Position numbers and translations under genes: made by a program. Shown here one piece after another: positions 9,731 to 20,641 of a stretch of DNA of 53,017 nucleotides. Numbering within the stretch: the first letter of the stretch is position 1; each line of letters begins with the position of its first letter. The notes under the pieces are model-generated. The model saw only the letters and a program-made list of their open reading frames with translations, made no database searches and had not been told where the DNA came from. This DNA comes from Clostridiales bacterium (lineage in GTDB: Bacteria; Bacillota; Clostridia; Lachnospirales; Lachnospiraceae): the NCBI GenBank assembly GCA_012518935.1, contig JAAYRE010000020.1:1-53017 (forward strand). The letters are read 5' to 3'.

Positions 9731-10116
9731 GAGCCCATCGACCAACCCTGTGTCCATCTGCCGTCATCTTTTTGTTGTTTTATCCGATATGTTATTGAAT
9801 TATCTACTAAATCTTTTACCGTGGGATATACTACATTATCCGGTGAATTTATATCATCGCATTTTATTAGCTCATATCAGTAAAGTAACCCCACAGATAA
9901 AATTGCTACTAAAGATGGATGTATAAACTCAGATTTATTTAATATATAGCAGTAGTGTCATCTTGGTGATATTGTAACAATAGTAGTAGTGATATGATTA
10001 TTAATTCAGTTGAAGCTACTGGATATGAGAAACTTGGTAAATCTGGACTATATGCAGTAAACTGCATATGTGAGAAAGGAGATTCATATTAGAGAAAGAA
10101 TCTAATCAAGACACAG

Positions 10117-10159
10117 AAAAAGAGAAGAACTTATGCTTCGCATAAGTTCTTCTCTTTTT
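10117..10159. terminator. Perfect 20-bp hairpin, bidirectional terminator
   Basis: AAAAAGAGAAGAACTTATGC-TTC-GCATAAGTTCTTCTCTTTTT. Confidence 0.85.
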
Positions 10160-10383
10160 AAGCGCGAGACGGGATTCTCACCGCGACTCCTCGCAGCAGC
10201 ATTTTTGCTGCACTTCGTTTGCAAAAAAGCCACAGGAAGAATAAGAATCTCGGCGTGAGAACCTCCATTCTTATTCTTCCTAGTCTCTGTCTGTGAGAGT
10301 ACGACTCCGGTCTAGTATTTGAATATAAAAAAAGACCCTTCTATCGAAGAGTCCTTTTTTATATTAAGCGCGAGACGGGATTC
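10158..10383 (-). mobile_element. 206-bp non-coding element flanked by a 20-bp direct repeat of the tRNA-Gly 3' end (attL/attR-like)
   Basis: TTAAGCGCGAGACGGGATTC at 10158-10177 and 10364-10383; internal hairpins. Confidence 0.6.
10322..10365 (-). terminator. Terminator directly after tRNA-Gly
   Basis: AATATAAAAAAAGAC...GTCCTTTTTTATATT inverted repeat. Confidence 0.7.
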
Positions 10384-10438
10384 GAACCCGCGGCCCTCGC
10401 CTTGGCAAGGCGATGCTCTACCACTGAGCCACTCGCGC
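10367..10438 (-). tRNA. tRNA-Gly (GCC), CCA not encoded
   Basis: Reverse complement GCGCGAGTGGCTCAGTGGTAGAGCATCGCCTTGCCAAGGCGAGGGCCGCGGGTTCGAATCCCGTCTCGCGCT folds to a cloverleaf with anticodon GCC. Confidence 0.97.
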
Positions 10439-10474
10439 ATTTATGATCTGTGCTGTTTGACGAGCACATGTCAT

Positions 10475-10503
10475 AATATACTATAGAAAAATAAGTTTGT
10501 CAA
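10475..10503 (-). promoter_or_regulatory. sigmaA promoter of tRNA-Gly
   Basis: TTGACA-17 bp-TATATT on the minus strand. Confidence 0.8.
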
Positions 10504-10558
10504 TACCTTAAAATGAAAATATTTATTTTTCATCTATTGTTTATATAATTTGGTCAAT

Positions 10559-11332
10559 TCATCCAATTTTAACCGTTAGTACATACTCATTATTCTTAAA
10601 TGTCTTACTCATAATGGAAGCGGACTCTGTTAACTTGACATCAATCCAAAGCTCCTCAGCAGCTATTAGTAGGTTAGCCAACATAATTCCCATGTCTATC
10701 ATTTTCATTTTATCCATTGGTCTAGCAAACCATGGATTTTTCTTTGTAAAGACATGGATACGGTTTTTATAAACAACAAATCTCCAGGGTTGGTTATTAA
10801 TACTAGATGGAGCAAGCCTTGCGGCTTCTAGTAGCTTATGAATGTCCCATGATACCTCTTCTTTGTAAACCACAAGTTCATTTTCCGGTAGACGTTTTGC
10901 ATCCATGGGATCTCTGTAGGGTTCACATTTTGGTTTGCCAAAGGCCAGCGTAATAACATAATCATATCTTATAGTCTTTTTAAGACCTATTCCCGGACTG
11001 GCACCACCCATAAAGCAGGTTCCAAGCCCCTTTGACTCAATATATAGACTAATATGTTGCATAATATAGCCTGCATTCAATAGGTAGTTCTCTTTCTTTT
11101 CTGAGGATAGAACTATATAGTAAGGGGCTTTGACTGTAAATGGCCCGTTAAATCCTTGATTTTCTTCTATGTTGCTCACTAATTTATATTCAACCTTGAT
11201 ACCGTCATACAACATTGGTAGCTTGTCTGCGAATTGCAGGATGTCATCAAGGACTTCCCATTCAATCCTTTCCTGATAGTATTTCCTAATACTTTTCCTA
11301 GAAAATATTGTGTCATACATATTCATATTCAT
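10559..11332 (-). CDS. Nitroreductase family protein (two-domain, TM1586-like)
   Basis: RKSIRKY; LEAARLAPSSINNQPWRF; GLGTCF. Confidence 0.88.
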   Translation of the reverse strand: MNMNMYDTIFSRKSIRKYYQERIEWEVLDDILQFADKLPMLYDGIKVEYKLVSNIEENQGFNGPFTVKAPYYIVLSSEKKENYLLNAGYIMQHISLYIESKGLGTCFMGGASPGIGLKKTIRYDYVITLAFGKPKCEPYRDPMDAKRLPENELVVYKEEVSWDIHKLLEAARLAPSSINNQPWRFVVYKNRIHVFTKKNPWFARPMDKMKMIDMGIMLANLLIAAEELWIDVKLTESASIMSKTFKNNEYVLTVKIG

Positions 11333-11357
11333 ATTAATCCTCCATTTAGCTTAGAAG

Positions 11358-12236
11358 TTATTGATTAGAAGCCTGTTTTTTCATTTCTCTTTTACGATAA
11401 TATAAGGGTGAAATCCCATAATATTTCTTAAAAAGTTTACTAAAATGATATGCATCTTCATAGCCTACTTGGTTAGCTATGCTCTTTATACTGCTATCAC
11501 TTGACTTTAGCAGTATATCCCTGGCTTTCTCCAGCCGAATCTTAATAAGATAATTTATTGGAGATTCACCAGTTTCCTCTTTAAATATCTTAGATATATA
11601 TACAGGGCTCAAATACATATTATGTGCAATTTGCTCTAAAGATATCTTCTTATTATAGTTTTCATTAAGATAACTTATAATTCTATTGACAGCATAGCTT
11701 TTATTATAGGATTCGATATTACATCCGGTTTGCTCATAAGTCTCATCACTTAAAAGTTCACGCATTATAAGGAGTAGCATCTGCATTAGATGTGCCTTGA
11801 ACATAAAATATTTGCCTGGATTACAGCTTTCTTTTTCTGCTATCATAGCATAACAATGCATTGTAAGATCCTGTTTTAGCTCAGCAGAAGTATTTATGAT
11901 GCAGCTTCCATCCTTGGTCTCGATAGAGTTTGGAGACATATTTCTGAACTGAAAATCAGTAAAGCCAGCTATAAATTCAATAGTGGGTTCATCTGGATTA
12001 GTATAAATATGTGTGTGTTTAACCCCAGGATTACATATGACTAGGTCTCCAGCTTCTACATCATATTCTTTGTCCCCTACAAGGTATTTACCTTTACCTG
12101 ATAAAATATATGCCAGTTCTGCGTGTTCATGTTCATGTTCAACGCCAGTTTTAGTCATCTTTAATTTGGAGACATAAAACACTGTCGGATTAAAATCATT
12201 ATATGTTAAGTCATAATCGAAGGTCATCTTTTTCAC
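11358..12236 (-). CDS. AraC-family transcriptional regulator
   Basis: Cupin HEHEHAELAYILSGKG; HTH LSPVYISKIFKEETG...VGYEDAYHFSKLFKKYYGISP. Confidence 0.92.
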   Translation of the reverse strand: MKKMTFDYDLTYNDFNPTVFYVSKLKMTKTGVEHEHEHAELAYILSGKGKYLVGDKEYDVEAGDLVICNPGVKHTHIYTNPDEPTIEFIAGFTDFQFRNMSPNSIETKDGSCIINTSAELKQDLTMHCYAMIAEKESCNPGKYFMFKAHLMQMLLLIMRELLSDETYEQTGCNIESYNKSYAVNRIISYLNENYNKKISLEQIAHNMYLSPVYISKIFKEETGESPINYLIKIRLEKARDILLKSSDSSIKSIANQVGYEDAYHFSKLFKKYYGISPLYYRKREMKKQASNQ

Positions 12237-12444
12237 CTCTTCAATGTAAAATCTATATCAAATGTGTAGCCATCATGCTAAGCATTATGGCTGACACCAT
12301 TGACTCATGTGATTTGTGCAATATAATTGAATCTTATGTATGGTAGCTAATATCTATTTACATATATTATAACATAAATTTAAAAATTAGATATTTTTTT
12401 CTTCTAGTATTTTTAATTTAGTTAAAATAATTATAAAATATTAC

Positions 12445-14202
12445 ATGAGATTCTTAATTATATACATTTTTATATTCCCTATTTGTAATATAATAGTGTA
12501 TAATGGTGTGATATATGGATTGTTAGAGAGTTTTATTTTAATCATTAATCCCCAGATTTCTGGAATGATAGTAGATGATGTAATTAGAGGTGGCAATAGG
12601 GAACTTTTACCTAAGTTAATATTAATACTAATATTATCTACCTTAGCGAGATCCCTATTAAGATTTTGGTTTCTTCAAATATTTGAGAAATCCTCACAGG
12701 GTATGCTCTATACGATGAGGGATTATGTGTACCGTAAGATGATGAAGCAGGACTTCACATTTTATAATAATAATCGGACAGGTGACTTAATGTCTAGGCA
12801 GACAGGAGATATGAATGCTATAAGACATTTTGTGGCTTATGTTATTCATACCATGTATGAAAATGTCTTATTATATGTGATTGCTCTTGTTATGATATTT
12901 ACAGTGGATTACAGGCTGGCCTTATGCATGATTGCAGTTATGCCCGCATCAATCTATATAACTTTTAGACAACTAAAAGCTGTTAAGCCTGCTTTTCATA
13001 ACATAAGAGAGCGTTTTTCAAGTTTGAACACTTTTGTCCAAGAAAATGTTAGTGGTAATAGGGTGGTTAAGGCATTTGCTAAGGAAGACTTTGAAATCCA
13101 AAAGTTCAATGTAGAAAATGACGGATATAGGGATTCTGAATTAAATGCCTCCAATATATGGAGAAAATACGTTCCTATCTTTGACTTTTTAGCCAGTTCT
13201 CTAACTGTTATTCTTTATCTAGTTGGAGGAATTATGGTTATAAAAGGTGGAATGACCATGGGTAAGCTAGTAGCAGTTAGCGGTTATCTATGGATGCTGA
13301 ATATGCCACTACGTCAAGCAGGATGGCTGGCTAATGACTACCAACGATTTGTAGCTTCAGTAGAAAAGATTTACGACACTATCAGCGTTGAACCAGGAAT
13401 CAAGAATCCAGAAAACGGCTTGGTTAAGGAGCGTTTTGACGGTGATATAGTATTTTCTAATGTCAATTACAAAGTCGGAGATGAAGTTATTTTAAAAGAT
13501 ATTAATTTTAGTGTAAAAGCAGGACAAACCGTAGGAATTATCGGGGCAACGGGTTCTGGTAAGACAACCCTTATGAATCTGCTTTGTCGTTTTTATGATG
13601 TTACAAGCGGTGAGGTTACCCTTGATGGTACAGATGTAAGAAATATCGATTTGTACAGCTTAAGAGATAATATTGGACTTGCCATGCAGGATGTATTTCT
13701 ATTTTCTGATACGATTGAAGGAAATATTGCTTATGGAAGACCTGATTGTAGTATGGAGAAAGTGATAGAAGTGGCTAAGATAGCCAATGCCCATGATTTT
13801 ATTGTTGATATGCCTGATGGCTATGATACCATTGTGGGAGAACGAGGCGTTGGTCTATCAGGTGGTCAGAAGCAGAGAATTTCACTGGCAAGAGCTTTAC
13901 TAAAGGATCCTTCCATTATTATTCTTGATGACACTACCTCAGCGGTAGATATGGAGACAGAAGCTTCTATTCAAAAGGAACTTAACAGAATTGATGGAAA
14001 ACATACTGTATTTATAATCGCCCATAGAATTTCCTCAATTATGGATGCTGATATTATTCTAGTTGTAGAAGATGGTAAAATAATTGAGTCAGGAAATCAT
14101 GACCAGTTAATAAAGCAAAAAGGATATTACCATACAGTATTCTACCATCAGTATGGGGACTTTGATCAAATCGCAGAGAATGGGGGACTGAATTTTGGCT
14201 AG
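12445..14202 (+). CDS. ABC exporter, fused permease/ATPase subunit 1 (5' end uncertain)
   Basis: TMD plus GATGSGKT, LSGGQKQR and degenerate Walker B ILDDTTS. Confidence 0.9.
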   Translation: MRFLIIYIFIFPICNIIVYNGVIYGLLESFILIINPQISGMIVDDVIRGGNRELLPKLILILILSTLARSLLRFWFLQIFEKSSQGMLYTMRDYVYRKMMKQDFTFYNNNRTGDLMSRQTGDMNAIRHFVAYVIHTMYENVLLYVIALVMIFTVDYRLALCMIAVMPASIYITFRQLKAVKPAFHNIRERFSSLNTFVQENVSGNRVVKAFAKEDFEIQKFNVENDGYRDSELNASNIWRKYVPIFDFLASSLTVILYLVGGIMVIKGGMTMGKLVAVSGYLWMLNMPLRQAGWLANDYQRFVASVEKIYDTISVEPGIKNPENGLVKERFDGDIVFSNVNYKVGDEVILKDINFSVKAGQTVGIIGATGSGKTTLMNLLCRFYDVTSGEVTLDGTDVRNIDLYSLRDNIGLAMQDVFLFSDTIEGNIAYGRPDCSMEKVIEVAKIANAHDFIVDMPDGYDTIVGERGVGLSGGQKQRISLARALLKDPSIIILDDTTSAVDMETEASIQKELNRIDGKHTVFIIAHRISSIMDADIILVVEDGKIIESGNHDQLIKQKGYYHTVFYHQYGDFDQIAENGGLNFG

Positions 14203-15959
14203 AAACAGAGTTTAATATTTCCCATTTAAAGCGGTTGGGAGGATATATAAAACCATACCGAAAAGACATGCTTTTGATTATATTAATTATGACTATATCT
14301 TCTGCTTTAGGTATGCTGACTCCTATAATACTAAAGGATGTACTTGATTTATATATACCTAATGAAGATATAAGGGGAATTGTTTTTGTTAGTTTAACAT
14401 TATTGGTGATATATTTGATTATTGCCTTAATTACTAGAGTTAGAATTACTGCAACATCTAAGTTAGGACAAAATATAATTCATACAATAAGAAGGGATAT
14501 ATTTTTACATTTGCAGGAATTGCCTTTTTCTTACTATGATGACAGACCCCATGGTAAGATACAGGTTAGGGTAGTTAACTATGTTAATGCCTTAAGTAAC
14601 CTTCTATCAAATGGTATTGTAAATACTATTACAGATTTATTTAGCCTTATATTTATTGTGGCATTTATGTTGTATCTGAACTTTAGACTTAGTTTGCTTT
14701 GCCTGTTAGGTCTGCCCATACTTATGATACTGATATTTGTGATTAAGAAAAGGCAAAGAGCAGCATGGCAATTACAGAGTAACAAGTCTTCTAATCTAAA
14801 TGCCTATATAGCTGAAAGTATCAGTGGAGTTAGAGTTACTCAAAGTTTTACAAGAGAAGAAGAAAATATTGATATCTTTAATAATCTAAGTAAGGAATAT
14901 AGTGTAACTTGGTTAAAAGCTGTAAGACTTAATCATATATTATGGCCATCAATTAATAATATTTCTACTTGGACTACAGCGGCTATATATGTCTTGGGAA
15001 TAGCCTGGATGGACCAGGGTGTTCATGGAATAACTATAGGTGTACTTTCAGCTATGACCGGTTATGTTGGAAGGTTTTGGGCTCCGATTAATACCTTAGC
15101 GGGTTTCTATAATTCTTTGTTGACAGCAATGTCTTATCTAGAAAGAATATTTGAGACTATTGATGAACCAGTACTAGTTAAAGACAAAGAGGATGCATAT
15201 GATATGCCACCTATAGTTGGTGAGGTAGAATTTAAGGATGTATCTTTTAGCTATGATGAAGGAGTTCCAATTCTTAAGGAAGTTAGCTTTAAGGCTGAAG
15301 CTGGTGATACAATAGCCATAGTTGGCCCAACCGGTGCAGGTAAGACCACCATCATTAACCTAATTAGTAGGTTCTATAACCTGGATTCCGGTGTAATAAC
15401 CATAGATGGAACTGATATTAGCGATGTGAAGATAAAATCTCTTAGAAAACAAATGGGTGTAATGCTTCAAGATAGCTTTATCTTTTCAGGTACTATTATG
15501 GATAATATTCGATATGGCAATATGGAGGCTACTGACGAAGAGGTAACCCGTGCAGCCAAGACTGTTCGTGCCCATGATTTTATTATGGAATTAGAAGACG
15601 GATATAATACCCAGGTAAATGAACGGGGTACCAGGTTATCTGTTGGACAAAGGCAGCTAATAAGCTTTGCAAGAGCCTTACTTGCGGACCCGAAGATTTT
15701 AATTCTTGACGAAGCTACATCCAGTATTGATACAGAGACTGAGATTCTTCTACAAGAAGGACTTAAGGAACTTCTTGTTAATAGAACTTCATTTATTATA
15801 GCTCACCGTCTATCTACTATTAAGAATGCTTCTAAAATTCTCTATGTAGACGAGGGAGAGATTAAAGAAATGGGTAATCATGATGAGCTTATAGCCCAAA
15901 AAGGACTATATCATGATTTGTATTTATCCCAGTATCAGTTTTTGGAAAAGGACAAATAA
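14195..15959 (+). CDS. ABC exporter, fused permease/ATPase subunit 2 (N-terminal frameshift/deletion at ~14207)
   Basis: GPTGAGKT, LSVGQRQ, ILDEATS; TTG 14195 with RBS gives MARN but is out of frame with EFNISHLKRLGGY. Confidence 0.85.
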
Positions 15960-16083
15960 ATATTTTCTCCAATCGACTTAAAGATAAAATTTAGAGTTGG
16001 AAGTCATGGACAAATATGCTATGATATTATAGATGTTTAAATGGGTTTTGACTTAGATAATCTAAATGGTTGGAGTTGATTAT

Positions 16084-16551
16084 ATGAAGAAATATTTTAT
16101 GTATATTATTATTGGAATGGCTTTACTTGTTTTTGCGGCATGTAAAGGTGATGACAAAGAGACTGATTTTATTCCAGTAATTCCATCAGACACTACTGAG
16201 GAAGAGGATAATATAACAGAGAATCCTAATGAAGATGACCAAATTACTGATGTAACTGATGAGACAGAGGAAGCTGAGGATACAAAAGATTTGGCTGACA
16301 ATGTAGATGAGACCACTACTATGTATGTGAAGCTGGCTACTTACGGGGCTATACTTAATGTTAGGTCATCTCCTACTACAGAAGCTGATAATATTGTAGG
16401 TTTTTTAGTTCATACAGAGCCTGTTGAAGTTATAGCTATAGATAATGGTTGGGCAAGCTTTATGTACAAAGGAGAGATATGCTATGTAAGTAAGGATTAT
16501 TTGGTGGACACAGTACCCCCTTATATATCTCCTCCAACACCCCAATCATAG
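16084..16551 (+). CDS. Lipoprotein with acidic linker and bacterial SH3 domain
   Basis: Lipobox FAAC; LNVRSSP...VEVIAIDNGWASF...CYVSKDYL. Confidence 0.8.
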   Translation: MKKYFMYIIIGMALLVFAACKGDDKETDFIPVIPSDTTEEEDNITENPNEDDQITDVTDETEEAEDTKDLADNVDETTTMYVKLATYGAILNVRSSPTTEADNIVGFLVHTEPVEVIAIDNGWASFMYKGEICYVSKDYLVDTVPPYISPPTPQS

Positions 16552-16553
16552 TA

Positions 16554-17444
16554 TTAAGAATCTTTAGTAACGAATTTAATAAATTTTACCATGGAATCTG
16601 AGAGGTAGGCATTTTTTGGATAACAAAAGCCTATCTCTCTTTTCTTTATTGGAGTTTTTAAGGGTATTTCCATAAGCATACCTCTACTTAATTCCTCAGA
16701 TACAAATTCTTTTATAACACAAGCCACCCCCAACCCGGTCTTGGCAAAATCGATTAACAAATCCATACTAGAAACTTCAAGAACATTATTAGGTCGAATG
16801 TGATTTTCCTCAAAATAGTCTTCAATATACATTCTTGATATGTTTTCTTCATCAAGAAGCATTATGTTAGCTGTGGCAAATATATCATCTTCCATTTCTC
16901 TTAGTTTTAGATTGTCAAGGTAACTTTTTGTTGTAACAAAGACATCTTCAATTTCCTTTAAAAATATAAATTTATAAGCCTTTGTATTTCTGGGCTTGGC
17001 TACTAATCCAATATCAAGAGATCCATTTTCTAATTGTTTTAAAGTATGAATAGTGGACTGGCTATCTATAGTAATCTTTATATGGGGATAGGCCTTTAAA
17101 AAGCGATTAAGATAGGGTAGAAGAACATATTTGCATAAGGTGGAACTAACTCCTATACGAAGTTGCCCCACACCAAGCTCCTGTAAACGCTTCATTCTAT
17201 CTTCACCCTGTTCTAGAATATTGAAGGCTTCCTTGGTATATTTATATAGAAGCTTACCCTCCTCAGTCAGCTTTACCCCCCTGGAACTTCGAATGAATAA
17301 GGTGGTATTCAAGTTTTCTTCCAGGTTTGATATTGCTTTACTGATGGCAGGTTGGCTTACATACAGCTTGTTGGCTGTATGAGAAATATTACCGATTTCT
17401 GCAACACAGTTAAATATATAATATAAAGATAATTGATTTTCCAT
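16554..17444 (-). CDS. LysR-family regulator divergent from leuBCD
   Basis: GNISHTANKLYVSQPAISKAISNLEE...LFIRSSRGVKLTEEG; RBS AAGGAG before ATG 17444. Confidence 0.92.
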   Translation of the reverse strand: MENQLSLYYIFNCVAEIGNISHTANKLYVSQPAISKAISNLEENLNTTLFIRSSRGVKLTEEGKLLYKYTKEAFNILEQGEDRMKRLQELGVGQLRIGVSSTLCKYVLLPYLNRFLKAYPHIKITIDSQSTIHTLKQLENGSLDIGLVAKPRNTKAYKFIFLKEIEDVFVTTKSYLDNLKLREMEDDIFATANIMLLDEENISRMYIEDYFEENHIRPNNVLEVSSMDLLIDFAKTGLGVACVIKEFVSEELSRGMLMEIPLKTPIKKREIGFCYPKNAYLSDSMVKFIKFVTKDS

Positions 17445-17556
17445 TTCCCAAGCTCCTTTATTGATATATAATAAAATGGTTAACAATGCAAAAATTTTAT
17501 AATTAGGAATTAAAGCAATAAGCCTATAAAATCGAGTAAATATGTTTAAGAATCAT

Positions 17557-17573
17557 TATAACTACTAGTTATA
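17557..17573. promoter_or_regulatory. LysR recognition box (T-N11-A dyad)
   Basis: TATAAC-TACTA-GTTATA in the lysR-leuB intergenic region. Confidence 0.6.
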
Positions 17574-17694
17574 GTAGACATTCATAATATGTATAACTAT
17601 TATACCAGCTAATCTGATAAAATATCAATATGAATATTATCGATGCAGATATGCCAGATGAAGGAGAAGAAACTTATATTAACGGAGGTTGACT

Positions 17695-18837
17695 ATGGAT
17701 TATAGGATTACAGTGATTCCTGGTGATGGAATAGGTCCGGAGATTATCACAGAAGCAAGAAAGGTTCTAGATGCTGTAGGAAAAAAGTATGGACATGGTT
17801 TTAAGTATACGGAAGTACTTATGGGTGGAGTGTCTATTGATAAGACAGGAGTACCCCTTACAGAAGAAGCCCTGCAAACAGCAAAAAACAGTGATGCAGT
17901 TCTTCTAGGTGCTGTAGGAGGAGATGTAGGTCAGACCAATTGGTATAGCCTGCCGCCCCATCTTAGACCGGAAGCAGGACTTTTAGCTATCCGTAAAGGC
18001 CTAAACCTCTTTGCAAATATAAGACCGGCTGTTCTCTTTGATGAGCTTCGTGGTGCCTGTCCCTTAAAAGACGAAATAATCGGGGATGGTTTTGATTTTG
18101 TAGTTATGAGGGAATTAACAGGTGGATTATACTTTGGCAAAAGGTGGACCAAGGAAGTAGATGGTCTGCGTACGGCTACAGATACTTTAGTATATAGTGA
18201 AGCAGAGATTGAAAGAATTGCCAGACGGGCATTTGATATTGCTAGAAAGAGAAGAAAAAAAGTCTGTAGTGTGGATAAAGCAAATGTGCTGGATTCCTCA
18301 AGATTGTGGAGGCAGGTTACCAAGGTAGTAGCCAAGGCTTATCCTGATGTAGAGCTAACTCATATGTTGGTGGATAACTGTGCTATGCAGGTGGTAAGAG
18401 ATCCAGGCCAGTTTGATGTTATTCTTACTGAGAATATGTTTGGGGATATCCTATCAGATGAGGCTAGTATGGTAACTGGATCCATTGGTATGCTAGCAAG
18501 TGCCAGCCTAGGAGAAACAAAGCTTGGTCTATATGAACCTAGCCATGGTTCAGCCCCTGATATTGCAGGTCAGAATAAGGCAAACCCCATTGCAACTATA
18601 TTATCAACGGCTATGATGCTAAGATACTCATTTGACCTTGACATGGAAGCAGATAAGGTGGAAGGGGCTGTAAAAGAAGTACTAAGGAAGGGATTTCGGA
18701 CAATTGATATAATGTCACCTGGTAAGACCCTAGTGGGTACAGATAAGATGGGTGATTTGATAGCCCTAGAGATTAGGAGGAATGAATATGGGAATGACAA
18801 TGACGCAGAAGATTCTAGCTGCCCACACAGGACTTGA
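17695..18837 (+). CDS. leuB: 3-isopropylmalate dehydrogenase (natural stop probably ~18776)
   Basis: [48 protein letters not shown]. Confidence 0.96.
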   Translation: MDYRITVIPGDGIGPEIITEARKVLDAVGKKYGHGFKYTEVLMGGVSIDKTGVPLTEEALQTAKNSDAVLLGAVGGDVGQTNWYSLPPHLRPEAGLLAIRKGLNLFANIRPAVLFDELRGACPLKDEIIGDGFDFVVMRELTGGLYFGKRWTKEVDGLRTATDTLVYSEAEIERIARRAFDIARKRRKKVCSVDKANVLDSSRLWRQVTKVVAKAYPDVELTHMLVDNCAMQVVRDPGQFDVILTENMFGDILSDEASMVTGSIGMLASASLGETKLGLYEPSHGSAPDIAGQNKANPIATILSTAMMLRYSFDLDMEADKVEGAVKEVLRKGFRTIDIMSPGKTLVGTDKMGDLIALEIRRNEYGNDNDAEDSSCPHRT

Positions 18838-20053
18838 TTATGTAAGGGCAGGCCAATTAATAGAAGCCAACCTAGATCTTGTGCTGGGTAATGATGTCAC
18901 AGCTCCAGTAGCAATAAAAGAGATGGATAAATTTCATAAGAAGCAGATTTTTGATAAGGATAAGATCGCCCTGGTTCCAGATCATTTTACACCGAATAAG
19001 GATATAAAATCTGCAGAAAATTGCAAATGTATGAGAGAATTTGCAATGGATAATGATATAACCAATTATTTTGAGATAGGTGAAATGGGTATTGAGCATG
19101 CCCTTCTTCCAGAAAAAGGTCTTGTGGTGGCAGGAGATGTGGTTATAGGGGCAGATTCCCATACCTGTACCTATGGTGCTCTAGGTGCTTTTTCTACAGG
19201 TGTAGGAAGCACTGATATGGCAGCAGGCATGGCAACTGGTCAGGCATGGTTTAGGGTACCATCTGCCTTACGCTTTATTCTGACAGGAAAGCCTTCAAAA
19301 TGGGTAAGTGGCAAGGATATTATTCTTCATATTATTGGAATGATTGGTGTGGATGGGGCCAGGTATCAGTCCATGGAGTTTGTAGGAGATGGTATAGCAA
19401 ATCTTACCATGGATGACCGTTTTACCATAGCCAATATGGCAATCGAAGCTGGAGCAAAGAATGGCATATTTCCAGTTGATGAAATAACCATTAATTATAT
19501 GAAGGAGCACTCCACCAAGCCTTATGCAATATATGAAGCTGATAAAGATGCTGAATATGAGAAAACCTATGAGATAGATTTATCCAAGATTAAACCAACT
19601 GTTGCTTTCCCCCATCTACCAGAAAATACTCATACAATTGACAATATTGGAGATATTGGGATTGATCAGGTGGTAATTGGCTCCTGTACCAATGGTAGAC
19701 TTGATGACTTAAGAATGGCAGCTAAGGTTCTTGAAGGTAGAAAAGTAGCAAAGGGAATTAGGGCCATTATTTTTCCAGCTACTCAAAAGATTTATCTTCA
19801 AGCCCTGGAAGAAGGTCTTATTTCAACATTTATAAAAGCAGGAGCAGTGGTAAGCACACCAACTTGTGGGCCATGTCTCGGTGGTCATATGGGAGTTCTT
19901 GCAGCAGGAGAGCGGGCTGTATCAACAACTAATCGTAACTTCGTTGGTCGAATGGGCCATGTGGATTCAGAGGTATATCTTGCTAGCCCTGCTGTAGCAG
20001 CAGCTAGTGCAGTCACAGGAAAGATTTCAGGACCAGAGGAACTTGGATTATAA
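18788..20053 (+). CDS. leuC: 3-isopropylmalate dehydratase large subunit
   Basis: [29 protein letters not shown]. Confidence 0.96.
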   Translation: MGMTMTQKILAAHTGLDYVRAGQLIEANLDLVLGNDVTAPVAIKEMDKFHKKQIFDKDKIALVPDHFTPNKDIKSAENCKCMREFAMDNDITNYFEIGEMGIEHALLPEKGLVVAGDVVIGADSHTCTYGALGAFSTGVGSTDMAAGMATGQAWFRVPSALRFILTGKPSKWVSGKDIILHIIGMIGVDGARYQSMEFVGDGIANLTMDDRFTIANMAIEAGAKNGIFPVDEITINYMKEHSTKPYAIYEADKDAEYEKTYEIDLSKIKPTVAFPHLPENTHTIDNIGDIGIDQVVIGSCTNGRLDDLRMAAKVLEGRKVAKGIRAIIFPATQKIYLQALEEGLISTFIKAGAVVSTPTCGPCLGGHMGVLAAGERAVSTTNRNFVGRMGHVDSEVYLASPAVAAASAVTGKISGPEELGL

Positions 20054-20076
20054 ATGAAGAAAGGGATGGTAAGATT

Positions 20077-20562
20077 ATGAAAGCATCAGGATTAGTACAT
20101 CGTTACGGTGATAATGTAGATACGGATGTCATAATTCCAGCTAGGTATTTGAATACCTCCGATCCAAAGGAGCTGGCCGAAAAGTGTATGGTAGATATTG
20201 ACCCTGACTTTGTTAATAAGGTAAAACCCGGAGATATTATGGTGGCAGGAAAGAATTTTGGATGTGGTTCCTCAAGGGAACACGCCCCCATAGCTATTAA
20301 GGCTTCAGGAATAAGTTGTGTAATAGCAGAGACATTTGCCAGGATTTTTTATCGCAACTCCATCAATATTGGATTACCCATTATTGAATGTAAAGAAGCA
20401 TCAGATGATATAGAAGCTGGTGATAAGGTTGAGGTTGATTTTGATAGTGGGGTTATCTATAACCTTACTCAGGATAAGAGATATCAAGGACAGGCCTTTC
20501 CGGAGTTCATGCAAAGGATTATTAAGGCTGAAGGTCTAATAAACTATAATAACAGTAGATAG
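20077..20562 (+). CDS. leuD: 3-isopropylmalate dehydratase small subunit
   Basis: [25 protein letters not shown]. Confidence 0.96.
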   Translation: MKASGLVHRYGDNVDTDVIIPARYLNTSDPKELAEKCMVDIDPDFVNKVKPGDIMVAGKNFGCGSSREHAPIAIKASGISCVIAETFARIFYRNSINIGLPIIECKEASDDIEAGDKVEVDFDSGVIYNLTQDKRYQGQAFPEFMQRIIKAEGLINYNNSR

Positions 20563-20641
20563 AATAATAAAATGCATGTAACCTTTTTGCATCCACCATC
20601 ATAAGCTAAAATAGAACTTGATATAGGTGATGGTAATTATT

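Noticed and set aside
18777-18837. C-terminal extension of LeuB overlapping leuC
   Set aside because: Explained by one missing T that removes the TAG stop.
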